Source of the DNA: Paraspadella gotoi
Taxonomy: Eukaryota; Animalia; Chaetognatha
Length of the DNA: 64,000 nt
Reading direction: 5' to 3'
Assembly: GCA_051294375.1 (NCBI GenBank)
Contig: CM119267.1
Location: forward strand, 14,749,694 to 14,813,693
Made by a program: the position numbers and the translations under genes. Below, piece after piece: positions 32,527 through 48,375 of the stretch. The notes beneath the pieces were generated by a model. That model was not told the DNA's origin. It made no database searches and was given only the letters and a program-made list of their open reading frames with translations. How positions within the stretch are numbered: the stretch's first letter is position 1; every line of letters begins with the position of its first letter.

Positions 32527-35500
32527 ATGATAAGGCGTAAAGGTTTCGACACGTTTTTGGGATTTTTGTTGTTGGCGATGCTTCGTGAAGGCCGACCGGA
32601 AGTGAGTTTCGTCAAATTCAACGAAAAGTTGGAAAGCTTCGTGGCCAAAGATGACATGCTGCTTGGGTCGACGCTGACGAATGCCCGTAAGGTACTACTC
32701 CGAAAGATATTTCATGGTTCATGCTAATATTACGACTTAAGGATTCATGCTATCATGACGTATACATTCTAATTCTAGAAGACAATATTTTTTCGTGAAT
32801 ATGACTGAAACTAAAATAGATTTTAAAAGAGATTTCAACGGACTTGAATTGTTTAAATTTACCAACTTTTGGAACATAAATATAAAAAAATAAACTTTTT
32901 TATTTTAGATCTAGTGAAATAAAAATTATAATATAATAATAATAATAGCTGCATGCAAGAGAAATATTAATTCTGTTAGAAAAGATCAAAAGCGCCCCAT
33001 GAATCAATTTCTAAAATTATAATAAGATGAAATAAAAGATAAAATAAAATAAGAGATGGAAATAAATTAATGGAAGATCGAAGGCTCACTTACCGCTTTC
33101 TAAATTATCAAAGATTAATGAGATTTCTTCTTCCTGAAGCCAGACTCTGTCAAGCAATATAAGGAAAAATAATATTTAACCAAATGAAAATATGTTCGGA
33201 TGCTGTTTCTATTAGATTGTACTAACCCGTATTCGTAACTTTCCACCTCCTCATCCCCGGAGGTTGGAGTCAGAGTTACAGTCAATTCTGTTTCATCCAC
33301 ATCGTTATTTTCGGTGTCATCCATATCTTTCTTATTTGTTTCATGCTTTTCTTTTTTCTCTGTTACATCCTTTACTTTTTTCGCTTTTTCTTCCTTTTCT
33401 ATTTTCTCTATTTCATCCTTTTCTATCGTCTTTGTTTCATCCTTTTTTATTTTCTCTATATCATTTTTTTCTTTCTTCTCTGTTACATCCTTTTCTTTTT
33501 TCGCTTTTTCTTCCTTTTCTATTTTCTCTCTTTCATTTTTTTCTATCTTCTTTGTTTCATCTTTTTTTATTTTCTCTGTTTCATCTTTTTCTTTCGTCTC
33601 TGTTACATCCTTTTCTTTTTTTGCTTTTTCTTCCTTTTCTATTTTCTCTATTTCATCCTTTTCTATCTTCTTTGTTTCATCCTTTTCTATTTTCTCTATG
33701 TCATTTTTTTTTTCTTCTCTGGTACATCCTTTTCTTTTTTTGCTTTTTCTTCCTTTTCTATTTTCTCTATATCATTTTTTTTCTTTCTCTCTGTTACATC
33801 CTTTTCTTTTTTCACTTTTTCTTCCTTTTCTATTTTCTCTATTTCATCTTTTTCTTTCTTCTCTGTTACACCTTTTTTTTTTCGCTTTTTCTTCCTTTTC
33901 TATTTTCTCAATTTCATCTTTTTCTTTCTTCTCTGTTACATCCTTTTCTTTTTTCGTTTTTTCTTCTTTTCTATTTTCTCTATTTCATCCTTTTCTATCT
34001 TCTTTGTTTCATCCTTTTCTATTTTCTCTATTTCATCTTTTTCTTTCTTCTCTGTTACATCCTTTCTTTTTTCGCTTTTTCTTTCCTATTTTCTCTATTT
34101 CATCTTTTTCTTTTTCTTTTTCTTTGGTTTCCTTTTCTTTCTTCGCTGTTTCTTCCTTTTCTTTTTTCTCTGTTACATCCTTTACTTTTTTCTCTGTTTC
34201 TTCCTTTTTTATTTTCTCTATCACATCCTTTTCTTTCTTCTTTGTTTCAGGCTTTTCTATTTTCTCAATTTCATCCTTTTCGTTCTTCTCTGTTACATCC
34301 TTAACTTTTTTCGATGTTTCTTCCTTTTCTATTTCATCCTTTTCTTTCTTCTTTGTTTCATCTTTTTCTATCTTCTTTGAGGAGGGCGACGACAGTTCCG
34401 CCACCAAGACGTCGTCACGTTCCTTCATCACCTTGGACACGACCGAAACGCGATCTGCGCCGTTTTTTTCCACTGCAAAAGGCGAAAGAGACAAAATGAA
34501 ACATTCGTTGACGAACAAAACAAATTTCGTAAACATAGCGCGAAAAACAAAAGTTTCCGCCTTAGTCTTAGATAAAAAAAGAGATCAAGTTGGAGCAGCG
34601 GACGTAGAGCCGGAGACTTTGGCGAAGGATGAATTCGAATCAAAATCCAAGTCGGAAAAATCAAAAGTGATCACAAAAACTTTTCGTCGCCGTCAGGGAA
34701 TTTGGCCGGGCCATGCCACGGAAGGACTTCGTACGAACGAAGTCATCGAAGACGGCCCCCTCGCTGTGGATGACGTGTTACGCGTCGTCAACGATCGTGT
34801 GGTTTTCAGCCAGTCACCACCGAGGTTATTCGCGATCTGGCCTTTAAGATTCATATCCGGGTCGAAAAATTATATTTTCCGTTCTTTTTATTTGGTGACC
34901 GATTTTTTTTTCTTTGTTCTATTAATCTGACAGGTGGCGCCCTCCGTCGATCGGGACTCCCTCGAACGGTGCAACTTTTGCCGTGAAAAATTTGGTCGGA
35001 CAGTTTAATTTAAAATCGAAAAGGAGCAAGCGCAGGCTGAAAAGTAGGCAATTACGATTCGTTTCAATAAGTTTTTTTTATTGTGAATTTTCAGCTGGTG
35101 TCACGTTTTTTTAACTTTCACGAATAATTAACGAAACGGAAAAAAAAATCTACTCTAATGTAAATTAGTAAAAAGGATCTCGTGGTAAAATATAGGTTTT
35201 GGGGATTGAAAACCAGGTGAGAAAAAGTTCGGGATTCATTAAAGTAGGGAGTAATTTAATTTTCATTAGCAAATTAGTTCCCCAGCTCGTAAATAATGCA
35301 AACACAACCCTTCATTTAAAGTAAATTGGATTGTATTCTTCTGTTGAAGCTTCTTCGCAAGTTCAACAGGTCTGCGCTGAAAAGAGCCACTGGGCTCGTC
35401 TCCTCTGGTCTGAAGACGTATGGGGACGAACCCTGAAGGTGGCGCAACATCTTCATATTGACGGAGTCCCCGTTTTTCAATACTTTTATCAAACGAGGTT

Positions 35501-35981
35501 CGTAAATTCACTGTAATATATTTACTCAAATATAATTATAATCACTCGCCCTCTAGATGCAGACGGGAACAACATCTTAACCCTACGGCAAATCCGTGGT
35601 CGAAGCATTCAAATCCACAGACAGCGCCTTCGAAACTAGAAAGATCAAAGTGGGCCGAATTGATTTCAGGTATATTATTACCTAGGCACGAGGTATGTAG
35701 TTGCAGTCATAATCTCAATTATAAAGTACTTTTGTAGATTCTCAAGTCGGTAACTGTCTCGGAATCGACCGTCGACGATGGGCCTCGACTTGCGTAGAAA
35801 AATATGCCTGGGTCTATGCAAAAGGTAACTGCTACAATTCAGACGAGTCGAAAACGATTTTAATTTGAGATAAATTTCGTCAGTCATTTACGACGATGGA
35901 AAATTGGATTGGACACTTGTCAAACTACCTACGTCCTGTAATTGCGCTATCTACTCGACTTCAATTTGGGGAATGAATTGA
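32527..35981 (+). CDS. Neurotrophin (NGF/BDNF family) precursor
   Basis: Exons are 32527-32686, 34566-34824, 34934-35043, 35350-35497, 35557-35669, 35738-35824 and 35884-35981. They encode a signal-like N-terminus, the pro-domain motif DRVVFSQSPP, a furin site RSKR and a cystine knot VCAEKSHW...DVWG...QYFYQTRC...CLGIDRRRWASTC...WVYA...WTLVKLPTSCNC. Confidence 0.88.
33094..34472 (-). CDS. Antisense Lys/Glu-rich repeat exon(s) nested in neurotrophin intron 1
   Basis: A strong acceptor TCTTTCGCCTTTTGCAG precedes 34472 and an in-frame ATG lies at 34428. The repeats read KEKDEIEKIEK / EEKAKK / KDVTEK, with frame slips at homopolymers. A phase-2 donor at 33226 joins an open 53-nt exon (33146-33094) ending in G|GTAAGT. 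Confidence 0.55.
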
Positions 35982-36160
35982 TAACTCAGTGATTTTGTCA
36001 TTAAATAAAATCAGTTTTAATTGAAAAGTATTTCTTATTTCTGTCCAAGTACACAAAAAACTCGGGAATGAATTGAACAAGTTTTTGAAATAGTTAAAAA
36101 TATCACGATTTTACGTTAAAGAAATGACTGGTTGAGTGCAGGAAAGTTAATCAGCAGTAT

Positions 36161-38574
<2,414 letters not shown>

Positions 38575-38837
38575 CTACGATGGGAATGGTTGTAGCTCCC
38601 CTTTATTGCGTAAAATATTTCATTTTTTTTTAACAGCACTGATAAATAGGTTTAAACACAAACGGTGCGAAAAAGACTTTGGAAATATACTTAATTTAAA
38701 CATAAAGAAAGCAAATCTTACCAATGGAGCCAGAAAAATAAATTAGGGGCCGGAGAAGCGAAAAAATGAATTAGGAATCTTCGAGCGATTAATAAGAAGG
38801 GTCTGATGTGGAAATGGCGCAGGAGTGACTCGCCTCG

Positions 38838-39053
38838 TTTTTATACGAAGAAGAATTTGCGCCGGCCTTGGAGAATGATCTTGAGCGGCGGCTGCTGACG
38901 CTGTTGCGACGGCAGAAGTATATGCGGCCTTTTCTCCGACCTTCTAGAAAAATCGCTCCGCTGCGAAAAAGTAGATCCTCCGTCGCAAATTCGCTTCTTT
39001 CTTCCGTAAAGAAAATTGATTTCTCGAAAGTCCAGCTCCTTTCCGACTTTTCC
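38838..39053 (-). promoter_or_regulatory. Polyubiquitin promoter: TATA box and heat-shock-element-like nGAAn inverted arrays
   Basis: TATAAAAA on - at 38845-38838, CTTCTAGAAAAATC at about 38941 and TTTCTCGAAAGTCC at about 39020. A 5'UTR intron spans about 38722-38433. Confidence 0.6.
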
Positions 39054-40581
39054 ACGCTATCCCGCAAATGTAGACGATGTTATTGAGTCGGACCACGTCG
39101 CTAATTAATATTTTTTTTTGGTTCTCGCGGAGAGATACACGGACTTTTGTCGTGGGCGCCGCTGCGACGCAGCGCCGCGAATCACGCGATGCCGCATCAC
39201 GGAGTTTCCGCGGCCAGGCCCAGCTTCAGTTTAGATTCCCCGATTGCGAAACCCTTTGTTAATTATGTTTCCCGTTATTTCATAAATTGAGGTTAACCGT
39301 TACATGACGGAAAGTTAATCCCTCTTTTGTTCATATCGGAAACTCACGTTAGACAGGAAAATCAGGGTAGCATTCTTTTTAAACGTTTGGTGGCGCTCTG
39401 AATGAGAAGAGATTCAGCGAGCTTCTTTCCTCATTCCTTTTCATTGGTGAGTTTAGCTCGGTGTTATAATAGAATTCTCCAATAGCTACGTAGCTATTAG
39501 TTCGACCTTTAAAGAAAATTCTCTTTGCTCGAACGCATCGTACGAAAACGTAGATCGAAAGAACGGCGAGCTTGGAAGTTTGAAATGGTAAATTAGCATT
39601 GCTATTAAAATCATCAATATAAAATAGTTTCTAAAATAGTTTTGAAAGAACAAATTTTTTTTAGTCCTATTTTGAAAGTAAAGGAACGGAGGTAAGTAAA
39701 AACAAGTTATTGTGCATGTACTTAATTGTAATGAAGTCAATTCCTCATTCGCACCCTATCATTTAAAACAAATTTCACATTTTACCTCCACCCTTATTTA
39801 ACTTCAATAACGAATCAGACGTTTAGAAATTTACATACATTCAACGTACAGTACAGGTCTCTTGCTCTAGATCTAAAAACTTTCTCATTTTTGAAAACAA
39901 ATAACTGCATGGATGAGTGAATCACGCTTTGTCAACAGAGAAGTCGGGTCTTATCAAAATGAGAGTTTTGATTTATTTTCCTGGCACTAACTTGCACTTT
40001 ATCACATGTACAATTTTGTGCGCTTGCTTACAATTATATTTTTTATATCCACATTAATAAAGTTTTGTGCCCACTGAAAGCAATCGATAGTTTTCTATCT
40101 TGAACCTTTTTTAAATATAGTGTATTTAAACAATTTTACATGTAGAGCAAAAAAAAATATTTAACCCATAATTTTCGAATACTGCAACTCAAGTCTCAAG
40201 ACTTTTGTTTCTAATTTTCTATTCATTTTATTCGTCACCTTCGAGAACTTAGTATTAGCAGTTAAATTAGTATACACACAAATTTACCAATTTTTTATAT
40301 TTTAGTTTTATTTCATTTTATTTTTTTACCTAATAATTTTTTTTAATAAAATGTTACGTAACTATCATACAATTAATTTTGCGCCGGCTATTCTGGTCTC
40401 AATATTGCAATACGAAGCCTTCTACGACAAAAACCTTAAATTTGAAATGTATTTCTTAAAATTACTTCACCTCGCGTAATCCACTAAACACTAAGGGATT
40501 TAATTTATGATAATAGCAGTATTTTTTATTCCAAGAGTCAATGGTTGGTGACAATAATTTACTGTTGCCGAATTCCTTCAG

Positions 40582-42454
<1,873 letters not shown>

Positions 42455-42831
42455 GAACGCATCAATAATCATGCAGTGGTCATGAGATTATTATCATTGT
42501 CACTACGGATCGGCATATGTGGACGCCCGTGCTTGCTCAATCGTTTGGAAAATTTTTAAAAGAAAGATCTCGGAAAATGCTTAAAATTAGAATAGTTTCA
42601 GAATTTTTATTAAATTAATGAATGTTGTACAAGTCACTTTCGTGATAATATATTTGGTATCTGAGGTAATTTAGAGGTATTTTTATGATGTATTATGGTT
42701 TTTACTCTCTCCTTTTTTAATAGAAAAAGTGAAATAATTGAAATTATGAAATTCGTTTCATTATTAAAATAGCTATGGGCATCGAGAAAAAAAATGATAG
42801 GTAGTCATTTATATAAATTGGTTTATATTTA

Positions 42832-44839
42832 TTCATTTTAGACTTAGTATAGAAAAAAAAGGCCGCCATCTCTTTTTCTGCTTTTTTTTGCTATCTTCTT
42901 TCGCTTCTTGAGCCAATTTTTCACACATTTTTACCAATTCCTCCTGAAAGGTTTCTTTGATGAGACGGTTTCTTAAATGGTTCAACAATTAATTCTCTAC
43001 CTTTGAAATAGGTTCTCTCTCTCTAGGAATCCATCCTCTAATTCTTGGATAATTCGGCCTAATATATTACAAAGAGAGACTAATTGATTGCTAGAATTTA
43101 TCATCGATTTTGTTACCGTTTGGTGTTAAAGTTGGGCGTGACATTTCCGACACAGCTCCACCTTTTTTCATCTTTTCCAGTTGTCTTGGATTCTGAAAGA
43201 GCGGAAAACTTTTTCTCCCTATTTTTTATTTGGATTCGTTTCAAGGAAAAGATACCTAAGGCTAAGTTCATTCTGGATTCGTGTTTGTCCAAGACTCGCT
43301 TGAGACGCGCTTCGAATGCCTCCAACGATTTGACGCAATGCTGGAGGGTGGTTAGGGTTTCCCGGACAGCCTGAGTCTCACCACAAACGACGGGATTCCC
43401 GAGACTTTCCTCGGAGTTTTTATCCTGTCAAGGACGGCGCTTACAAATGAGTATATTCCTTGCACACAAATTATAATTTTATTGACAAAAAAAATCCAAG
43501 ACGAACAAAAAACCTTTCCGCTTATTATTCTCAGTCGTTTCATGACGCTTGACACGATGTCTAACTTAGATTTCACACCACTGGCGTTTGAGCAATTGGA
43601 AGACCGGTTATCGTAAGATTTGTTATAATCCGCCTTCAAGGTGTTAGGAATTATTATGCAATGTAATAATAATATAATTTTCATTTTGATAATTGACCTG
43701 TTCTAAAACAAAATCAGATTTTTTCTGCTCCAAAATTTCCTTATTATCCAAGGCGTGAGTAATTCCTTGAGAATAAAAATATTATACGTTTTATTTTTAA
43801 TATGTCATTTTAATTTTTTGATTACCGGAACTGTGACCTGGTTTCAAAGACAAAAATTTCGCGGAATAATGCTTGAAGTTTTCCAACTCGTGACAATATT
43901 CTGCGAAGGCTACTTTGTATTTGTTCTCCAAAAGTATTTTCTATAAAAATTAATTACAAATCATTTAGAATTTAGGGAATTTGTGTAACGAAATTAACAA
44001 GAAAATTATTCATCTGTCAACACTTGTTTAGATTCCGCTGCTTGAACTACAAGGCGACGTTTTCCTCGACGTTGGACGCAGAACCGTCTGACTATCCGCC
44101 GACTCTTTAATTTCGTTGACGAAAGATCTGCCGCCTTTTTTGGAGCTTCCGTCAATAGCGTCTCCTTTCTCGGTGAAGCAGAGGGACGATCCTTCGTCTT
44201 CATCATTGCTAAATGTTGAGTTTTCACTAACGAGAGCGGATTCGTCGTCGTCGTCTTGGTCAGCGAACTCGAGTCAGGCTCGGAAGCCGGTAGCGATGAT
44301 CTGCGAAATCTCTAAGTTGTGGACTCTTGTTTGGACAATTCACATCAAGGACTTACACGTTAGGTTCTTCCATATAAACTTCTTTAATTTCATCTTGGAT
44401 ACTTAGCACTAATGAGTAATCAGGAAAGAATACTTACTGGCTGGATGATAAGTATTATGGAGATCGTTGTTAAAAAATAAACTACCTGCTGGATTGCCAA
44501 CTTGATTTTCTTCTTTCTCCTTAATATCTGAACAATCTAAAAGATAAAGAAACAGATGTAGAATCTGATAAAGAGCAGATTGCTCGAGATCGTCTTACTT
44601 GCTACAGGATTAAAAAGCTCTTGCGATTGTCGTTTTACTGTGACCTGCCAATTATCTGTTATCAACAACGTACTACTTGTGCAAAAAATTATCTAAATAA
44701 AAACCTTTTCTGGGGAATTGAATTCGTAGGGCAGAGTGTCAAAATGTCTCCTTAACTCTTCGAACTTCTGTTTCCCCAGCAAGCTCTCCGAACTCCATCG
44801 TCGATCAACATCCCAAACTCTTTTCACATTGGCGTCCAT
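42832..44839 (-). CDS. Uncharacterised multi-exon gene (charged, coiled-coil-like C-terminus)
   Basis: Several short exon-like blocks with GT/AG boundaries, e.g. SLEAFEARLKRVLDKHESRMNL and EELVKMCEKLAQEAKE. The full frame is not resolved. Confidence 0.35.
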
Positions 44840-46038
44840 GACCGGTCTTAGATTCGGTCGGTGGGTTCATCTTCCATGGCGAGACTCGCACGCCTTTGAA
44901 AACACGCCCGTTCACATCATAACGATTCTTTAACGCACCAAGAATCCTAAGTTAATCAAGTAATGCGTTTTGGAAATCGAGCAAAACTTTTAGATAAAAT
45001 CAATGAAATTTATTAGAAGTCAAAAATGACAGGGCTTTAAGTAGCTTGATAACAAGGATCCAACTATGAGAGCAGAAGAAAAAACTAAAAATAATGATAT
45101 TCACATTTCGAACAAATAAAATATTTATTTAAGCCGAAAATAAATACCAATGCTACTGGTAATATCAAATCAATTTTCTTTGACATTTTTGCTGCAAAGT
45201 AAGAACAATCTGCCAATTTTGTTTTTTTTGGCAACAAACGAAAATCGATAAGAACGATGAATTTTTAAAGAAATCATTGCACGAAAATATTTTTCTTCTT
45301 TTTTTTTCGAAGAGAGACGATCAAACTTGACTAAACTTGAGACCTGAAAAGAAAAATGAGAAATATAGATTTCTTTCCCAAGAACAGAAATTAATGGAAC
45401 CAGCTTGCATGCTTTTCTTTGAACATGCTGTTGAGCTTCAAAATAAAATAAATATTTACTAAATGTTTTTTTCTAAGAAATATAAAAGGCACGAGTGATC
45501 AAAAAACTGGAACTAGAGGGAGAAATAATCATTGCGATTCCGTTACATAAAAATATAAATATAAACGATAAACCAATGATTTCAGCTCATGAAGCTTTAA
45601 AATTTTTATAAACAACACACAAAGATTGTAAAAACTAACCATGCTTTTCCTATATTATTTTCGAGAAGCATTCAAAATAAAATCAAAAGCAAATCTTTAT
45701 TAAAATAAAAAAAATATATTTTAGATGAACTTAATTACCTCGATTCAATGCAAAACTTGAAAAACCGCATTAAACTTAAACGAAAACTTTGAATCGAAGT
45801 TATAGATAAAAATAACATTTTTCCTACTTATTCACCTCTAATGTCATCAAAAGTTTTCCTTGACCTAGCCCCCCATGGATATGGTTGGACATTCTCATGT
45901 ATTTAACATTTCAAAAAAGAGGAATAAGCTCGTCAAAAATTGGGCCTGGGCGCTAAACTGTAGTGGGCTTATGCGGAAACCAGTCGAGCACTGGTAAATG
46001 AGGTAGGGAAAAGTGGATGGGAGGAAACAACGGAAAAT

Positions 46039-48300
46039 TCATACGGCTTCTGATAATATTTAATAGAGCGCTTCAAATTTTAAATATAATATATACACAC
46101 ATGTATTAAAACCGGAAGTTTCAACGGTCAAACGCCGAGCTAACTTCTGTACCCAACGCCTCACCTTCGTCGTTGCTGTAGCAGAGCGCGCAGTGCAGCT
46201 TGTTACCCCGCACCCGTACGTCGGCGCCGCGGGAGCCGCTGCCAAGGGAGATGTGGCAAACGCAGCATCGGAAGCAGTTGAGGTGGTAGAAGAGTTGCAG
46301 GGATTCGATTACCATGGCCGCTCCTCGTCCTGAACGGATAATGGAAGGGTAAGGAGAGGGAATGTGAATGACAGAGAATGTGGGATTCGGGACAGGCAGG
46401 GATAGCATGAAGAAAACTAAAGGATGGAGCGTGTGAAATCGAGGTGAAGGGATAGCAATGAAGGATGTGCATCGATGAGGGAAAGAAACGGCGAGAAGAG
46501 AGAATTTTCACTTGACTCACAAGTTCAAGTATGTAGGAAACGTTTCTTTTTATTCCTCATGAATGAAGTGCCGGCAAATAAGTATGCGAGGAACTAACTT
46601 TTTTACCTTTTTTTGTTTTGGCAACTTTTAGAATTGATGATGAAAAAAACGATGGATGAAAAAATGCGCGAAAATGAAAAAAACCAGCACCGCTCAGATA
46701 TTTGTTAAAACAGAAAACAAAAACAAAAATGATTTTTTTTCTTTTTTAAACTTTTTTACGTCAAAGTTTCTCTTAGTCTTACCTAATTCGAGCCCACAAA
46801 AAGCGCAGCCTTGTTTGCCGGAAACGGCCAACGGCTCTTGAATGGCATCTCCACTCCCGGGCGTCACCGAATTCCTCGAAAACGGCGTTCCTTGAGACGA
46901 GGTGGGCGTGGCCGACAGTGGAGCTTCGGACGACGACGATAATGGCAACGATGAGTCCGATCCCGACGGAGCTATGGGATAATAATATTCAAAAACGTAT
47001 AATAGCGGTAAAATTAGGCCAAAAATATTAATTCGACGTACCAGGGGGCGTTTCATAAATAGGCGATTGAAAATGCGACGCCGGGACGTGAGGTTTGACG
47101 CTGTGCGGCGGAACCGGCGGATACGACGATGACGGGCTGGGATGATCGACGTAGGGAGATGGGGCGTTGTTGGCTGGTTGAGAGGCGGGATGGTTGGTTG
47201 GATACGAAAGGGGGGATTTGGCGGTATGAGAGGGTTGCAAGGGTTGCTGCGCAGTAAGATGCGCGTGGGGATTCGTAGGGGGGTGTGACAAAGGGCGAGA
47301 GGCCGGGTGAAAGGGTTGTTGAGGGGCAGGGTGGGAGAGGAGTTGACTGGCAGTCTGGGAAGCGGGTTGAGTGGACCGATGCGGACCAGGGGCCGGTAGG
47401 GGGGCTTCCGAGGGAAAGTAGGCACCGGATGGGCCTCGAAAAGGCTGAGGATGACCGGGAGGAACGCCTGAGACACGAACAGAGTTATATTAGCTTTCGC
47501 AGCGAAAACTGAACGTTGGAAAAGACGAATCCGCACTCACCCGCAATACTAGCTGGCCTCAAAGATTGTGCTGCATAGGGAAGCGAGGTTTTCGGTTGTT
47601 GCTGACGCGAGGGGGAAGAAGAGGGGCTTTGGTAGGACGCGGGTGGACGAGGACCTGAGAAAAGAGGAAGAAGAGATATAGTAAATGGACGTCGGTTCGA
47701 AAAAGTACTTTTTTGACTCGTTAGAAAAATACGTAAACTTCGGCCAACTCCTTTCGGAGGTAATAAAACGAAAGGCAAGTTAAGAGACGATCATTCCGCT
47801 CCTCTGCGAAAAGTGAGGTCATCATCCGAAATAGGTAAGAAACGTGTTTCTTCAAAAAATCTGATTACGCGTCTCAACTAGTAATTCTTACCAGAATACA
47901 AACTCGGGTGTTGATGGGGCTGGGTATGCTGCGGTGGTTGCTGAGGCAAATGGGGCGTCGATCCCGATAGCATCCTCGAAGGCGGACTGAGGAGGGAGGG
48001 CGTCGGATAATGCGGATGCGAGGGGTTTGAATACGGCTGCTGCGGTTGTTGATGCGGTTGTTGCTGCGGTGGCAGCTGAGCCATTGAAGACGGCGGCTGC
48101 GTTTGATGCTGCGGCTGACGATGAGGTTGAGGCATCGTTGGAAGAGTGCTGCCTAAAGTCGGCAAGTTCGTCATGGATCCGTGTGATGCGCTGGGACTCG
48201 GCGAATCCTTGGTGAACTGGCGCGCGGGTTTTGGCGGGGCACCGGATCCGGAACTGTTCGGAGGCGAGGCTGTCGGTGAGAAAAGAATCACGTTATGGTT

Positions 48301-48375
<75 letters not shown>

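Noticed and set aside
33264-34930. Three long Phe/Ser/Leu-rich + strand ORFs
   Set aside because: They are shadow frames of the stop-poor pyrimidine strand of the KE repeat. Only the 3' part (34566-34824) is used, as a neurotrophin exon.
39446-39480. GGTGAGTTTAGCTCGGTG, resembling a tRNA 5' end / A box
   Set aside because: There is no B box, anticodon arm or acceptor-stem complement.
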